From Candidatus Bipolaricaulia bacterium (GTDB taxonomy: Bacteria > Bipolaricaulota > Bipolaricaulia > RBG-16-55-9), in assembly GCA_042219045.1 (NCBI GenBank), contig JBDGQO010000003.1:78293-142292 (forward strand): a DNA stretch of 64,000 bases, in the 5' to 3' direction. The stretch's first letter is position 1; each line of letters begins with the position of its first letter. Below the pieces are notes generated by a model. That model worked only from the letters and a program-made list of their open reading frames with translations. It was not told the DNA's origin and made no database searches. Below, one piece after another: positions 26,790 through 37,976 of this stretch. The translations under genes and the position numbers were made by a program.

Positions 26790-28187
26790 CCGATCGTCGG
26801 ATCGTGACACCCAGCTCGTCATCCGCGAGCTGCCCGCCTGCGATCCGTTTGCGCTCTACGCGCACATTCGGCAGCATGCTGAATCCAGCTTCATCCTAGA
26901 AAGCGCGCCCGGCCCGGAGCGGCTTGCCGAGTTCACCTACATCGGCTTCAATCCGCGCCACGTGCTGGCGCTCCATCGCGATCAGGTGACCGTCGACGGC
27001 CATCCGATCGCATCTGAGGACGGCGGACAGCCGCACTCGTTCGACGTGCTCCGTCACTACCTCGACGCGTACCGGCCGCCGCTCGACGTCCGCATGCCGA
27101 AGTACCTCGGCGGCTTGGTCGGGTATTTGAGCTACGACGTCGTGCGCCAGTTTGAGCCTTCCCTAAGAGCGACCCGCGACAAGCCAAGCCCGCCGTTTCC
27201 GGACTTTGAGCTCGGGCTTTACCTCGACGGCGTTATCGTCGACCATCGTCAAGGTCGGGCGTTCTACGTCAGCCACGCCGAGGACCGATCGGCGTTCGCG
27301 CGCGAACTCGCTACCTCAGCACCGCTGAAGCCCTCGTCGTTCCGAGTCGACGAACTCGTCTCGGACACCTCGAAGGATGCCTTTGGCCACAACGTGGAGC
27401 GCGCGAAACAGGCCATCCACGACGGCGACGTCTACCAGCTCGTCCTTTCGCGTCAACTCTCCGCTCACTATGAGGGCGATCTGTTCGAGGTCTATCGCGC
27501 GTTACGTGGGCTCAACCCGTCGCCGTACATGTTCTGTTTGGAGTTCGGGCGCGGCACGGATCAGGAGCACACCATCGTCGGGTCGAGCCCGGAGATGCTC
27601 GTGAGCGTGCGCGAAGGCAATGCCATCACGTACCCGATCGCCGGGACGCGCCCCTTGGGCGAGACCGAGGCCGAGCAAGCTTCCTATCGCAACGACCTCC
27701 TGGCGGACGAGAAGGAAGCCGCCGAGCACGCGATGCTCGTCGATCTGGCCCGCAACGACGTCGGGCGCATCAGCCAGCCGGGCAGCGTCCACGTTCCCGA
27801 GTATCGCTCCGTGGAGCCGTTCAGCCACGTGCAACATCTCGTCTCGCGCGTCGAAGGCGGGCTGGCCGACGATCACGACCCGTTCGACGCGCTCGGCGCG
27901 CTCTTCCCCGCCGGGACCGTCACGGGCGCCCCCAAAGTGCGCGCCATGTCGCTTATTGACGAGCTCGAGACAAGCGGGCGCGGGCCGTACGCGGGCTCGG
28001 TCGGCTACGCGTCGCTGACGGGCGACCTCGACACCGCCATCAGCATCCGGACGCTGTTTGCCACGAGCGACACGCTCTATCTGCAAGCAGGCGCCGGCAT
28101 CGTGGCTGACTCCGAGCCCGAGCGCGAGTGGGCCGAGACCGAACACAAGCTGGGCGGACTGACGCGCGCCCTAGAGGAGGGATCCGG

Positions 28188-28191
<4 letters not shown>
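26743..28191 (+). CDS. trpE: Anthranilate synthase component I (true start may be ATG 26736 via +1 frameshift)
   Basis: SFILES, GGLVGYLSYD, GDVYQLVLS, NPSPYMF, GSSPE, PIAGTR, KEAAEHAMLVDLARND, PAGTVTGAPK, QAGAGIVADS; first gene of trpEGDC. Confidence 0.94.
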
Positions 28192-28816
<625 letters not shown>

Positions 28817-28820
<4 letters not shown>

Positions 28821-29872
28821 GCGAGTCGCCCATTCACGAGGCCCTGAACGCGTTGGCCGATGGCGCTCATCTTGACGCCGACTTGGCCGTCGAGGCCATG
28901 ACGGCGATCCTGGAAGGTCGGGCCGAGCCGTCGCAGATCGGGGCGTTCCTCATGGGCCTACGCGTCAAGGGCGAAACGGTCGACGAGATCGCGGCGTTCG
29001 CCCACGCGATGCGCGCGCAGAGCGTGCGGCTCGCTCCCCAATTGCCGGCCGGGCCGCCGTGGCTGACCGACGTCTGTGGCACCGGCGGCGCGCCCGTCAA
29101 GACGTTCAACGTCTCCACGATGGCCATGTTCGTCGTGGCGGGAGCGGGCGTTCCCGTGGCCAAGCACGGCAACCGCGGCGTCACGAGCCCATCGGGCAGC
29201 GCCGACCTCGTCGAGGCGTTGGGCGCGCCGTTGGACGCGCCGCCCGAGGCGGTCCAGTCCTGCATCGAAACCGACGGAATCGGCTTTCTGTTTGCGCCCA
29301 GCTTCCATCCGGCCATGCGCCACGCGGCGCCCGTGCGGCGAGCGCTCGGCCTGCGGACCGTGTTCAACCTCCTGGGGCCCTTGACCAATCCCGCCGGGGC
29401 CCAATCCCATCTCATGGGCGTGTTCGATCCCGAGCTCGTGGACGTCTATCCGGAGGTCCTGCGCGAGTTGGGCGTGCGGCGCGCCCTCGTCGTCCACGGG
29501 GAGGACGGCTTGGACGAGGTCTCCACCCTCGGCCCGACCCGCGTCGGCGAACTGGCCAATGGGACGATTCGCCATTACGCAATCGAGCCGGGCGCGTTCG
29601 GGTTGAATCGGGCCTCTCCCGAGACCATCGGCGGCTTCCCGGCCGATGAGGGGGCTAAGCTGACGCGGCAACTCTTGACGAGCAGCCAGAAGGACGCCCG
29701 CTCCGAGATGCTCGTCATCAACGCCGGCGCCGCCATCTTTGCCGGAGGCGGGGCCGACTCGCTTGAGGCTGGCCTTTCGAAAGCGCAAGAAAGCATCCAA
29801 AGCGGCGCAGCGCTGAGCGTTCTGGACCGGTTCGTGGCAACGATGAACGGAGCGGGCGATGGACACGCTTGA
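28817..29872 (+). CDS. trpD: Anthranilate phosphoribosyltransferase
   Basis: KGETVDEI, DVCGTGG, FNVST, KHGNR, GSADL, RTVFNLLGPLTNP, GLDE. Confidence 0.96.
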
Positions 29873-30647
29873 TCGACTAGCGCAAGCCACGCTCCAACGG
29901 GTCGAGGCCGGCTACTATGGGCAAGTCGCGCCGAGCGATACCGATCGGCCTAGATCGTCGTTCGTATCTGCGATTGAGCAATCCCGGGCGGCGAATCGCC
30001 TCGCGGTCGTAACGGAAATCAAGCCGGCTTCGCCGTCGGCGGGGATGCTGCTCCATGATCCCGAGCGCGACGTGGCCTTCATGATGGACGAGTACGCTCA
30101 GGGCGGGGCCGATGGCTTGTCCGTGCTCACCGACGCGACCCACTTCGGCGGCTCGCTCAGCTATCTCCAATGGGCTGGTGAGACAGGATTGCCCCGCCTG
30201 ATGAAGGATTTCCTGCTTGCGGAATCGCAACTGGACGCGGCAAGCGGGTGTGGCGCGAGCGCCGTGCTGTTGATCTTGACGTTGTTTCGACGGAACTACG
30301 CCGAGGTGGCGGCGGATGCCATGATCGCTGCAGCGCACGAGCGCGATTTGGAGGTTCTGCTCGAAGTGAACGGATCTGACGAGTATGCCGACGCGCTCGG
30401 CACCCACGCCGACATGATCGGGATCAACAACCGAGATCTATCCACGCTGACGCTCGATCTCGGCACGACGGAGCGCGTCCTCGAGCGCCATGGGAAAGAT
30501 CGGCCGGTTTGGGGGCTGAGCGGGGTGGAATCGCGGAATGACATGCGCAGAATGCGTCAAGCGGGGGCCGATGCCGTGTTGGTGGGGACGTCGCTGATGC
30601 GCACAGGCGATCCGAGGACATCGCTCCAAGCGCTGCTCGGTTCGTGA
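29859..30647 (+). CDS. trpC: Indole-3-glycerol phosphate synthase
   Basis: EIKPASPS, SVLTD, FGGS, KDF, GINNRDL, SGV, AVLVGTSLM. Confidence 0.93.
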   Translation: MDTLDRLAQATLQRVEAGYYGQVAPSDTDRPRSSFVSAIEQSRAANRLAVVTEIKPASPSAGMLLHDPERDVAFMMDEYAQGGADGLSVLTDATHFGGSLSYLQWAGETGLPRLMKDFLLAESQLDAASGCGASAVLLILTLFRRNYAEVAADAMIAAAHERDLEVLLEVNGSDEYADALGTHADMIGINNRDLSTLTLDLGTTERVLERHGKDRPVWGLSGVESRNDMRRMRQAGADAVLVGTSLMRTGDPRTSLQALLGS

Positions 30648-30648
30648 A

Positions 30649-31134
30649 TCAAGCGTCCGTATCTTCTAAGTCAGCTTCATCCAGCGCATCGCGAATCGCG
30701 CGGTAAGTGAACCCTCGGCGTTGGAGGTAGGCAAACAACTTGCGCCGACGGGCTTCGAGATCGTCGCGCCAATAGCGCGGTTTCTGACGTTCGATGAGGT
30801 CTCGAACCAGCTGAGGTTCGTCGATGTCCGCTTCCTCGAGCGCGCGTTCGATGTGCGCCTCATCCACGCCCTTCTCGCGCAGCTCGTGGCGCAGCAACTT
30901 CGGGCCGCGCGGGTTGGTCATCAGCCGATCGTCGACCCAGAGCTTGGCGAAGGCTGCGTCGTCGAGCCACCCTCGCTCCTCCGCATCGTCGAGGGCATCT
31001 TCGATAACGGTCAATGCAAAACCCGCCCGCTGCAGGCGTGCTCGGGCCTCCTCGACGCTGCGCGGGCGGGTGCTCAGAAAGGCTATCAGCCGCTCGCGGG
31101 CCTTGGCGAGCGGGTCATTCGGCGGATTCGTCAA
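30649..31134 (-). CDS. recX: Regulatory protein RecX
   Basis: [38 protein letters not shown]; overlaps the 3' end of recA. Confidence 0.92.
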   Translation of the reverse strand: MTNPPNDPLAKARERLIAFLSTRPRSVEEARARLQRAGFALTVIEDALDDAEERGWLDDAAFAKLWVDDRLMTNPRGPKLLRHELREKGVDEAHIERALEEADIDEPQLVRDLIERQKPRYWRDDLEARRRKLFAYLQRRGFTYRAIRDALDEADLEDTDA

Positions 31135-32194
31135 GCGTGCCGACTTCTTCGGCTTCGGACTCGTCGGGTTCGGTCTCCCCTTGTCCGTCGGACGCCGGTT
31201 CCTCCGTCACGAGGCCCGCCTGCTCGCGAATCTCGTGTTCAAGCTGCTGAGCCAGGTCCGGATCCTCTCTCAACGTCTGGACCGCGTTGTTGATCCCCTG
31301 ACCGAGCCGCGTGTCGCCGTAGGAGTACCAGGCGCCCTTCTTCGTGACGATCTCCATCTCCTCGCCGAGCTTGATCAGCTCGCGCGGGCGAGAGATGCCG
31401 ACGCCGTAAATGATATCAAAGCGGGCTTCTTTGAACGGCGGCGCGACCTTGTTCTTGACCACCCGGACCAGCGTCTCGTTGCCGACTTTTTCGTCGTTGT
31501 CCTCGATGGCCCCGATGCGACGGATGTCCATGCGCTGGGAGGCATAGAACTTGAGCGCTAAGCCGCCCGAGGTCGTCGTCTGCGGGCCCCAAGGACCGCC
31601 AGCGTTGATGTTCGAACGGACCTGGTTGATGAACGCCGTCGTCGTCTTGGAGGCGCCGACCGCGCTGGCCAGCTTGCGCATCGCCTGGCTCATCAGTCGC
31701 GCCTGGAGACCGACCTGCTGGTCGCCCATGGCCCCCGTGATCTCGGCTTCGGGGACAAGAGCCGCCACGGAGTCGACGACGCAGATATCGACCGCGCCGC
31801 TGCGCACCAACTGTTCGGTAATCTCCAAGGCCTGTTCGCCGGAGTTCGGCTGGCTGACCAAGACATGGTCCAGGTTGACGCCGATGGCTTCGGCATAGCT
31901 CGGGTCCAGCGCGTGCTCGGCGTCGATGAACGCTGCCGTGCCGCCGCGGTTCTGGGCCTCGGCGATCAGGTGAAGCGCCAGCGTCGTTTTGCCGGACGAC
32001 TCCGGGCCGAAAATCTCCACAATGCGCCCGCGTGGAATGCCGCCGATGCCGAGCGCCCGGTCCAGCGAGAGCGAGCCGGTCGGGATCGTCTCCACGTCCA
32101 TGTGGCCCGATTCGCCGAGCCACATGATCGCCCCTTCGCCGTAGCGCTTCTTGATCTGTTCCAGCACCGAATCAAGGACTTCTTGTTTCCCCAT
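31115..32194 (-). CDS. recA: Recombinase RecA
   Basis: [57 protein letters not shown]. Confidence 0.99.
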   Translation of the reverse strand: MGKQEVLDSVLEQIKKRYGEGAIMWLGESGHMDVETIPTGSLSLDRALGIGGIPRGRIVEIFGPESSGKTTLALHLIAEAQNRGGTAAFIDAEHALDPSYAEAIGVNLDHVLVSQPNSGEQALEITEQLVRSGAVDICVVDSVAALVPEAEITGAMGDQQVGLQARLMSQAMRKLASAVGASKTTTAFINQVRSNINAGGPWGPQTTTSGGLALKFYASQRMDIRRIGAIEDNDEKVGNETLVRVVKNKVAPPFKEARFDIIYGVGISRPRELIKLGEEMEIVTKKGAWYSYGDTRLGQGINNAVQTLREDPDLAQQLEHEIREQAGLVTEEPASDGQGETEPDESEAEEVGTLDESAE

Positions 32195-32215
32195 AGGTCA
32201 GGTCACTTCCATGCT

Positions 32216-32259
32216 CGTGAGGTAACTCACATCGTAGCGCCGTGGTGGAACGGGCTCAA
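32216..32259 (-). promoter_or_regulatory. recA promoter with overlapping palindromic operator
   Basis: Minus strand TTGAGC-N17-TACGAT (32259-32231) directly followed by TGTGA-GTTACC-TCACG (32231-32216). Confidence 0.6.
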
Positions 32260-32305
32260 GCACACCCGTCGTCCCGCCAAATGCCGGCTCTCGCCATCTC
32301 GCACG

Positions 32306-32782
32306 TCAAAAGTAGACCTGCATGCCGAGTCCGGCCGTCACGGTGCTGACGCCGCGGAACATCAACCCGACTTCGGACATGAGCGCCAGTTGATCCGTCA
32401 ATCGAACCTCGATGCCCGTCGTCGCTTGCAGAGGGGTGACGAACGTGCCGGAATTGGAGAAGAACGCGGCGCCCGACCCGACGTAGAGGTCGACGAACGG
32501 GCTGTTGAAAAACTTGACAAACCCGCGAACGGCGAAGCTCGGGGCGCCGCCGACGACGAACACATGACCTTCAACGCCGAACAAGTCAGCGATCCAGAAT
32601 CGCCCGACGATCCCGGATGCCGGGAAGGTGTTCGGCGGAGCGAACGGCGCGGTGAGATTGAGGCCAATGCCCAGCGGCGTTGACCGGGATGGGTCGTCTA
32701 CCATCTGAGCATCGACGACGAACGCACTGCCGCCGACGGCCAATGCCGTGATGACCAGGACGGCAATCCATCGTTGCTGCAT
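32306..32782 (-). CDS. Small outer-membrane beta-barrel protein (hypothetical)
   Basis: Signal peptide; about 8 alternating amphipathic strands; C-terminal beta-signal GLGMQVYF; AAAGGAG RBS before ATG 32782. Confidence 0.7.
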   Translation of the reverse strand: MQQRWIAVLVITALAVGGSAFVVDAQMVDDPSRSTPLGIGLNLTAPFAPPNTFPASGIVGRFWIADLFGVEGHVFVVGGAPSFAVRGFVKFFNSPFVDLYVGSGAAFFSNSGTFVTPLQATTGIEVRLTDQLALMSEVGLMFRGVSTVTAGLGMQVYF

Positions 32783-33027
32783 GTTGGCTCCTTTCGTCCT
32801 CTCGGTCGAGAAATCTCGCATCGTCTGCTTTTAACCTATCGCGATGCTCGCTCGGCTCGAAGGACCCCTGGAGCGTGAGGGAACCGAGTCTGTCCTTGCG
32901 GGAGGTGATAAGTGTCACACTGAGAACGGAGCGGAACGTTTCCTGTGTCCGAATATCTCATCGACGTTGAAGGCCGATTGTCGAGCTTGAGCAACATCGG
33001 CTAGAGTAAGCCGAGGTTCGATGCACC

Positions 33028-34278
33028 ATGCGCACTCCCAATTCCGTCATGGTCCAAAGCTTTATCGTCATGGCAACGGTGCTGACGGTTTTAGTCGGTC
33101 CCGGTCTATCCGCTGAGGCCGGCGATCGCGCTCTGCGCGACGCCGTGGTCGTCGGCAACAACTGGGAAGGCACCGTCACAGTCTTCGATCCGAAAACGTT
33201 CGAGGTTCTCGAGGAGATCAACGTTGTCCCCGACCACGACAAGCGCGTGGCCGAAATCCGATCCCGTCTGGTGAGCTGGGGATACTTTATCGCTATCCGG
33301 CACCTCATCGGCCAAGGTCACAACCAGCTCGTGGATGACGTATTCCCCTCCAACGATGGGCGTTATTTGTACGTGTCGCGGCCCAGCTTTGCCGACGTCG
33401 TCGCGATCGATGTGACCACCGAGGAAATCGCATGGCGCACGGAAGTCGAGGGCTATCGCGCTGACCACGCTGCGCTCTCTCCCGATGGCGAGACTCTCCT
33501 CGTGTCAGCCTCCACGGCCGGGAAGGTGCATGCCATCGACACCGCCACGGGCGAGTTCGTCGGCGGGTTTCGCTCAGGCGACCAGCCGCACGAGAACGTT
33601 TTCTCAGACGACGGCGACCGAATCTATCACGCCAGCATCGGCCGGGTGTTCATCCCCACGACCGCGGCTTGGCTGGATTGGCTGAAGGGCGAACGCGTGT
33701 TCCAGGTCGTCGACGCGGACACTTACGAGGTGCTCGAGCGCATCGACATGGGCGAGGAACTGAGAGAGTTCGGGATGGCATGGATCGACTCCGCCGTGCG
33801 ACCGATGGCGATCACCACCGACGAGCGTTACGCCTATCTGCAGCTGTCCTTTCTGCACGGGTTCGTGGAGTACGACCTCAAAGCGAGCCGGGTCAGCCGC
33901 GTTGCCAAGCTGCCAGTGCCGGAAAAAATCCAACATCTGCCCTACCACAGATATCAACTCAATTCCGCTCACCACGGCCTAGCGCTCAGCGGCGACGATG
34001 AACAACTCTGTGTCGCCGGCACAATGGACGGCTACGCCGCGATCGTCGATCGTGACTCCTTTGAGCCAACGCTGATCCACCTCGCCGACGACCCGCTGGC
34101 GGCCAAACCTTACTGGGCCACGGAGAGCGCGGACGGACGGCATTGCTATGTATCGGTCAGTGCACAGGATCGCGTATCGGTGATCTCCTTCGCCGAGGGA
34201 CGGGAGATCGCCAGCATTCCCGTCGGCAACCATCCTCAGCGCATACGCACGGGCCACCTTCTGCTATCCGCCGACTAA
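33028..34278 (+). CDS. Exported YncE/YVTN-like beta-propeller protein
   Basis: Signal peptide; repeated blades ([47 protein letters not shown]). Confidence 0.8.
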   Translation: MRTPNSVMVQSFIVMATVLTVLVGPGLSAEAGDRALRDAVVVGNNWEGTVTVFDPKTFEVLEEINVVPDHDKRVAEIRSRLVSWGYFIAIRHLIGQGHNQLVDDVFPSNDGRYLYVSRPSFADVVAIDVTTEEIAWRTEVEGYRADHAALSPDGETLLVSASTAGKVHAIDTATGEFVGGFRSGDQPHENVFSDDGDRIYHASIGRVFIPTTAAWLDWLKGERVFQVVDADTYEVLERIDMGEELREFGMAWIDSAVRPMAITTDERYAYLQLSFLHGFVEYDLKASRVSRVAKLPVPEKIQHLPYHRYQLNSAHHGLALSGDDEQLCVAGTMDGYAAIVDRDSFEPTLIHLADDPLAAKPYWATESADGRHCYVSVSAQDRVSVISFAEGREIASIPVGNHPQRIRTGHLLLSAD

Positions 34279-34369
34279 GCAGCTCACGGGGATCCGACCG
34301 TAGATCGCGGAACACGGATGGCTCGCGTGTATGTTGACGCCATCCGGCTGTGCTCAATAATGGCCCAGG

Positions 34370-35872
34370 ATGGAACGGACTCGCTGGGCGCTTCGCGTGC
34401 TGGTCGCTATCGTCCTGATGGCGCTTTTTGCTGTCAGTGTTGCCCGAACGTCTTGGGAGCTGGACCACCGCCAAACGACGATCGCCATCCACCTCGACGA
34501 CCTCATCCAGCAACGGAGTCATCCGGAATCCTTAGTCCAAAGACTTGCGGAACTGCGCGAGGCCGGCGCGACGGCGGTAACCGTCTCGCCGCTCAGCGTG
34601 GAGGCCGTTCGTGAGCGCTTCTTTCCGCAGCGCATCCCGGAAGTTTCCATCTCCACCGACATGCTGACGGCAATTCGCGACCAGGACCTTGCGCTCTATT
34701 GGCGGCTTGACGAATGGGTCCCGACGGACGCTTATGGCGACTACCTCCAGACGCTCATGACCCACGACCCAGCGGGGCTGATCGCCGCGCGCGCCGTCGG
34801 CGTGCCGAGCACGGGACCTCAACTCCTGCTGGAGGCCATCCAAGGATCGGACGCCTGGCTCGGCTGGGCGGAGTTTGCCGCGCTTCCAGCATGGTCCAGT
34901 GAGTCCGACATTCCCAATCGGAACGTCTTTCGGGCCCATCTGCTGAAGCAGGCCGAGCGTGCCCGCTTGACGGATGCCGAGGCCCTCAATCGCTACGTCC
35001 AAGCCGTTCGCGAGCGCCGCGTCCGCTTCGTTGAGGTCCGGTCTAAAACCAGCCAACAAGCGAAACAAGACGTGGCAAAGCTACGAGGTCGATTGACGGA
35101 ACGTGGCTATACGATGGGAGGGTCTCCCGACCGCGTATCTGAATTCCGCTGGACGCTTTCAGGGTTGAGCCCAAATATTCGCGACGGGCTCGCTTGGCTC
35201 CTCGCCGTGCTGGGGCCGCTAGGCGCCTACGGCCTCATGCGACGTCGACTTCGCAACCACTCGTCCATAAGAGTGGACATGCGAAACTGGCTCCTCGCCT
35301 CCGGCGCTTCAATTTTGGGCGGCTTCGCCGCTGCGGCCGTGTTGAGCGATGCTTCCCACTTCCTCGGTCTGCGCGACATTCCCGGCGTCAAGCCGGCGTT
35401 GGCCGTGCCCGTTGCGGGCGCGAGCCTGATGGCGCTGTCCCACGTTTCGTGGCGATCATGGCGGCCTGTCGATGTCGCCGTTTGGGTCGGCGTCGGCGCG
35501 GCGCTGCTCGTGGCGCTGTTGCGCAGCGGCAATTTTTCCATCATCCCCGTTCCCGACCTCGAGCGGGAGCTGCGCAACGTGTTAGAACAGCTGCTGATCG
35601 TCCGGCCTCGTTTTAAGGAATTCCTCATCGGCCACCCGGCGTTGCTGCTCTGGATCAGTCTGGGAGCAATCCGTTGGCGTGCCTGGGCCGTTGGCCTATT
35701 GGCGCTCGGCATGCTCGGGCAGGCCTCCATCGTCAACTCGTTCCTCCATCTTCACACGCCGCTCTGGGTCTCGCTGTTGCGCACGTTTCACGGCCTCTGG
35801 CTCGGCCTTCTGTTCGGGCTTCCGCTCATCTATGCGGCCCAAGCCTTCGCACGCCGAGCGCGGAGCCGCTAG
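34370..35872 (+). CDS. DUF5693-like membrane protein associated with csaB
   Basis: C-terminal LRSGN, RPRFKEFLIGHP, GQASIVNSFLHLHTP motifs; multiple TM segments; directly upstream of csaB. Confidence 0.75.
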   Translation: MERTRWALRVLVAIVLMALFAVSVARTSWELDHRQTTIAIHLDDLIQQRSHPESLVQRLAELREAGATAVTVSPLSVEAVRERFFPQRIPEVSISTDMLTAIRDQDLALYWRLDEWVPTDAYGDYLQTLMTHDPAGLIAARAVGVPSTGPQLLLEAIQGSDAWLGWAEFAALPAWSSESDIPNRNVFRAHLLKQAERARLTDAEALNRYVQAVRERRVRFVEVRSKTSQQAKQDVAKLRGRLTERGYTMGGSPDRVSEFRWTLSGLSPNIRDGLAWLLAVLGPLGAYGLMRRRLRNHSSIRVDMRNWLLASGASILGGFAAAAVLSDASHFLGLRDIPGVKPALAVPVAGASLMALSHVSWRSWRPVDVAVWVGVGAALLVALLRSGNFSIIPVPDLERELRNVLEQLLIVRPRFKEFLIGHPALLLWISLGAIRWRAWAVGLLALGMLGQASIVNSFLHLHTPLWVSLLRTFHGLWLGLLFGLPLIYAAQAFARRARSR

Positions 35873-35883
35873 ACTGGCGCGCC

Positions 35884-37017
35884 ATGCGCGTGTTGGTGTC
35901 GGGGTACTACGGATTCGGCAACCTGGGTGACGAAGCCCTTCTCACGGTCCTGATCGAGGTCCTCCAGGAGCGGCTCGGCCTGTCGGGCGACGCGATCTGC
36001 GTCCTCTCCGCCACGCCGACGGACACGTCGCAACGCCACGGCGTCCGCGCGATTCCCCGTATGTCGCTGTGGGCCATCCGCCGCGAGCTGGCTCGGTCCG
36101 ATCTGTTCCTCAGCGGGGGCGGCGGCCTTATCCAAGATGAGACGAGTCGTCGATCCGCGGGCTACTATCTCGGCCTGCTCCATTGGGCCCAACGACACGT
36201 GCCGGTGGTTATCATGGGACAAGGGCTCGGTCCCCTGAACAGTGGCCTCACCCAGCGCTGGGCGTATCGAACTCTGCCCAACGCCGAAGCCGCCTTGGTC
36301 CGCGACGAAGCCAGCGCGCGCCTCCTGCGGCGCTGGGGCATGCCCGCCGATCGCCGCTTCCGCAGCGCCGATCTCACATTTCTGCACTGGAAGACCCGCC
36401 CGAATGGCGACCCAGCAGGCGGACCTGGCCGAGAGCCGGCGTTCGCGGAAACCCCGAACGCTGACCATGCGCCCTATATGCTCGTCGCGCTTCGGGGCGA
36501 TCACGCGGACGCGTCTCGAGGGCGCTTGCGGGATTCGCTGCAGGAACTCGTTGATCATTGCGGGATTCGGCCCGCGTTCATGGCCATGCATCGCCACGAG
36601 GACCGTGCTCCATTGGAACGCCTCGCGGGCGAGCTCTCGTCCGCGCCGCCGGTGCTCGATCCCGCCAACGTGGAGACGCTGCACTGTTTCCGCGGGGCCG
36701 AGATGGTCATCGGAAGCCGACTCCACGCGCTTATCTTCGCCATGTTGGTCCGCCGCCCCTTCCTGGCGCTGGGGACGGATCGCAAGCTCACGCGCCTGCT
36801 GCGCGACGTGGCCGACGTCGGCGGCCCCGACATTCCGCAACTGCCGCTGGCCGGACGTCCGGCCCGTCCGATCCAGCTTGCTGCGGCCGTCGAGGGGGTT
36901 CGCCCATGGAACGACCGCTGGGAGGCGGCCGGTGCAACGCTTGCCGATCGCACGCACCAAGCCGTCGACGGGGTTCTGCACCGCTTAGAGGCCATCGTGC
37001 ACGAGGCGAGCTCATGA
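35884..37017 (+). CDS. csaB: Polysaccharide pyruvyl transferase CsaB
   Basis: SGYYGFGNLGDEA, GGGGLIQDETS, QGLGP, VRDEAS, RLHALI. Confidence 0.9.
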   Translation: MRVLVSGYYGFGNLGDEALLTVLIEVLQERLGLSGDAICVLSATPTDTSQRHGVRAIPRMSLWAIRRELARSDLFLSGGGGLIQDETSRRSAGYYLGLLHWAQRHVPVVIMGQGLGPLNSGLTQRWAYRTLPNAEAALVRDEASARLLRRWGMPADRRFRSADLTFLHWKTRPNGDPAGGPGREPAFAETPNADHAPYMLVALRGDHADASRGRLRDSLQELVDHCGIRPAFMAMHRHEDRAPLERLAGELSSAPPVLDPANVETLHCFRGAEMVIGSRLHALIFAMLVRRPFLALGTDRKLTRLLRDVADVGGPDIPQLPLAGRPARPIQLAAAVEGVRPWNDRWEAAGATLADRTHQAVDGVLHRLEAIVHEASS

Positions 37018-37976
37018 CCCACGAGCCCGTGTTGCTCGACGAGGCCCTGGACGCGCTAGCGATCCGCAGCGACGGGATCTATGTCGACGCAACCGTGGGC
37101 GGCGGCGGCCACGCTCGAGCCATCGCTGGAAGGCTCCAGAGGGGTCGGCTCGTCGGGCTCGACCTCGATCCCGAGGCGATTGCCGCGTCCCAGGCGCATT
37201 TGGCCGACGTCGACGATCGGGTGACGCTCCGACGGGCGAGTTACGCGGAGCTCGCCCAGGCGCTGGATGAGATGGACATCGAGCGAGCGGACGGGATGCT
37301 CTTTGACCTCGGCCTCTCGTCGCTCCAATTGGCTGATAAGACGAAGGGCTTCAGCTTCCAATCCCCTGGCCCGCTCGACATGCGCTTCGATCCCGACAAC
37401 TCGCTCACCGCCGCCGACATCGTGAATCGCTGGGACGAGTCAACCATTGCTCGGATTCTGCGGGACTACGGCGAGGAGCGCTTCGCCAAGCGGATCGCAC
37501 GCGGCACCGTCGAGGCCCGTCGGGAGCAGGCGATCTCGACGACGGATCAGCTGGCGGAGCTCGTCCTGACAGCCATTCCCAAACCTGCTCAGCGAGGATA
37601 TTACCGGGGGCGCGACGTCCATCCGGCCACGCGGACGTTCCAGGCGCTGCGGATCGCCGTCAACGACGAACTGACCAACGTCGAGCGCGGGTTATCAGCG
37701 GCCTTTGCGCGGCTTGCCCTCGGCGGCCGATTGGTGGTGATCACGTTCCACTCGCTCGAAGATCGGCTCGTGAAACGATTCATGAAGGGCAAAGCGCAGG
37801 GATGCGTCTGCCCGCCGGATCTGCCCGTTTGTGCGTGTGGATGTGACCCTGAGGCCGAGATCATGGCCAATCAAGCGCCATCGGACGAGCAAAAGCGGCG
37901 GAATCCGCGCGCGCGAAGCGCCCGGTTGAGAGCCCTGCGAAAAATCACTTGGACATCGGCTCAAACTGCGCGATGA
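37014..37976 (+). CDS. rsmH: 16S rRNA m4C1402 methyltransferase
   Basis: [68 protein letters not shown] overlap with csaB. Confidence 0.96.
   Translation: MTHEPVLLDEALDALAIRSDGIYVDATVGGGGHARAIAGRLQRGRLVGLDLDPEAIAASQAHLADVDDRVTLRRASYAELAQALDEMDIERADGMLFDLGLSSLQLADKTKGFSFQSPGPLDMRFDPDNSLTAADIVNRWDESTIARILRDYGEERFAKRIARGTVEARREQAISTTDQLAELVLTAIPKPAQRGYYRGRDVHPATRTFQALRIAVNDELTNVERGLSAAFARLALGGRLVVITFHSLEDRLVKRFMKGKAQGCVCPPDLPVCACGCDPEAEIMANQAPSDEQKRRNPRARSARLRALRKITWTSAQTAR

Noticed and set aside
26695..26830. Classical trp attenuator, T-box or TRAP site
   Set aside because: No tandem Trp codons, terminator hairpin with U-tract, T-box motif or (G/T)AG repeat array, and the leader is too short.
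26666..26899. 77-aa ORF upstream of trpE (contains GHGHCHKGW) as a Trp leader peptide
   Set aside because: Its TTG start is the -35 box itself, and its internal ATG 26729 has no SD; the SD-supported ORF is the one at 26736.
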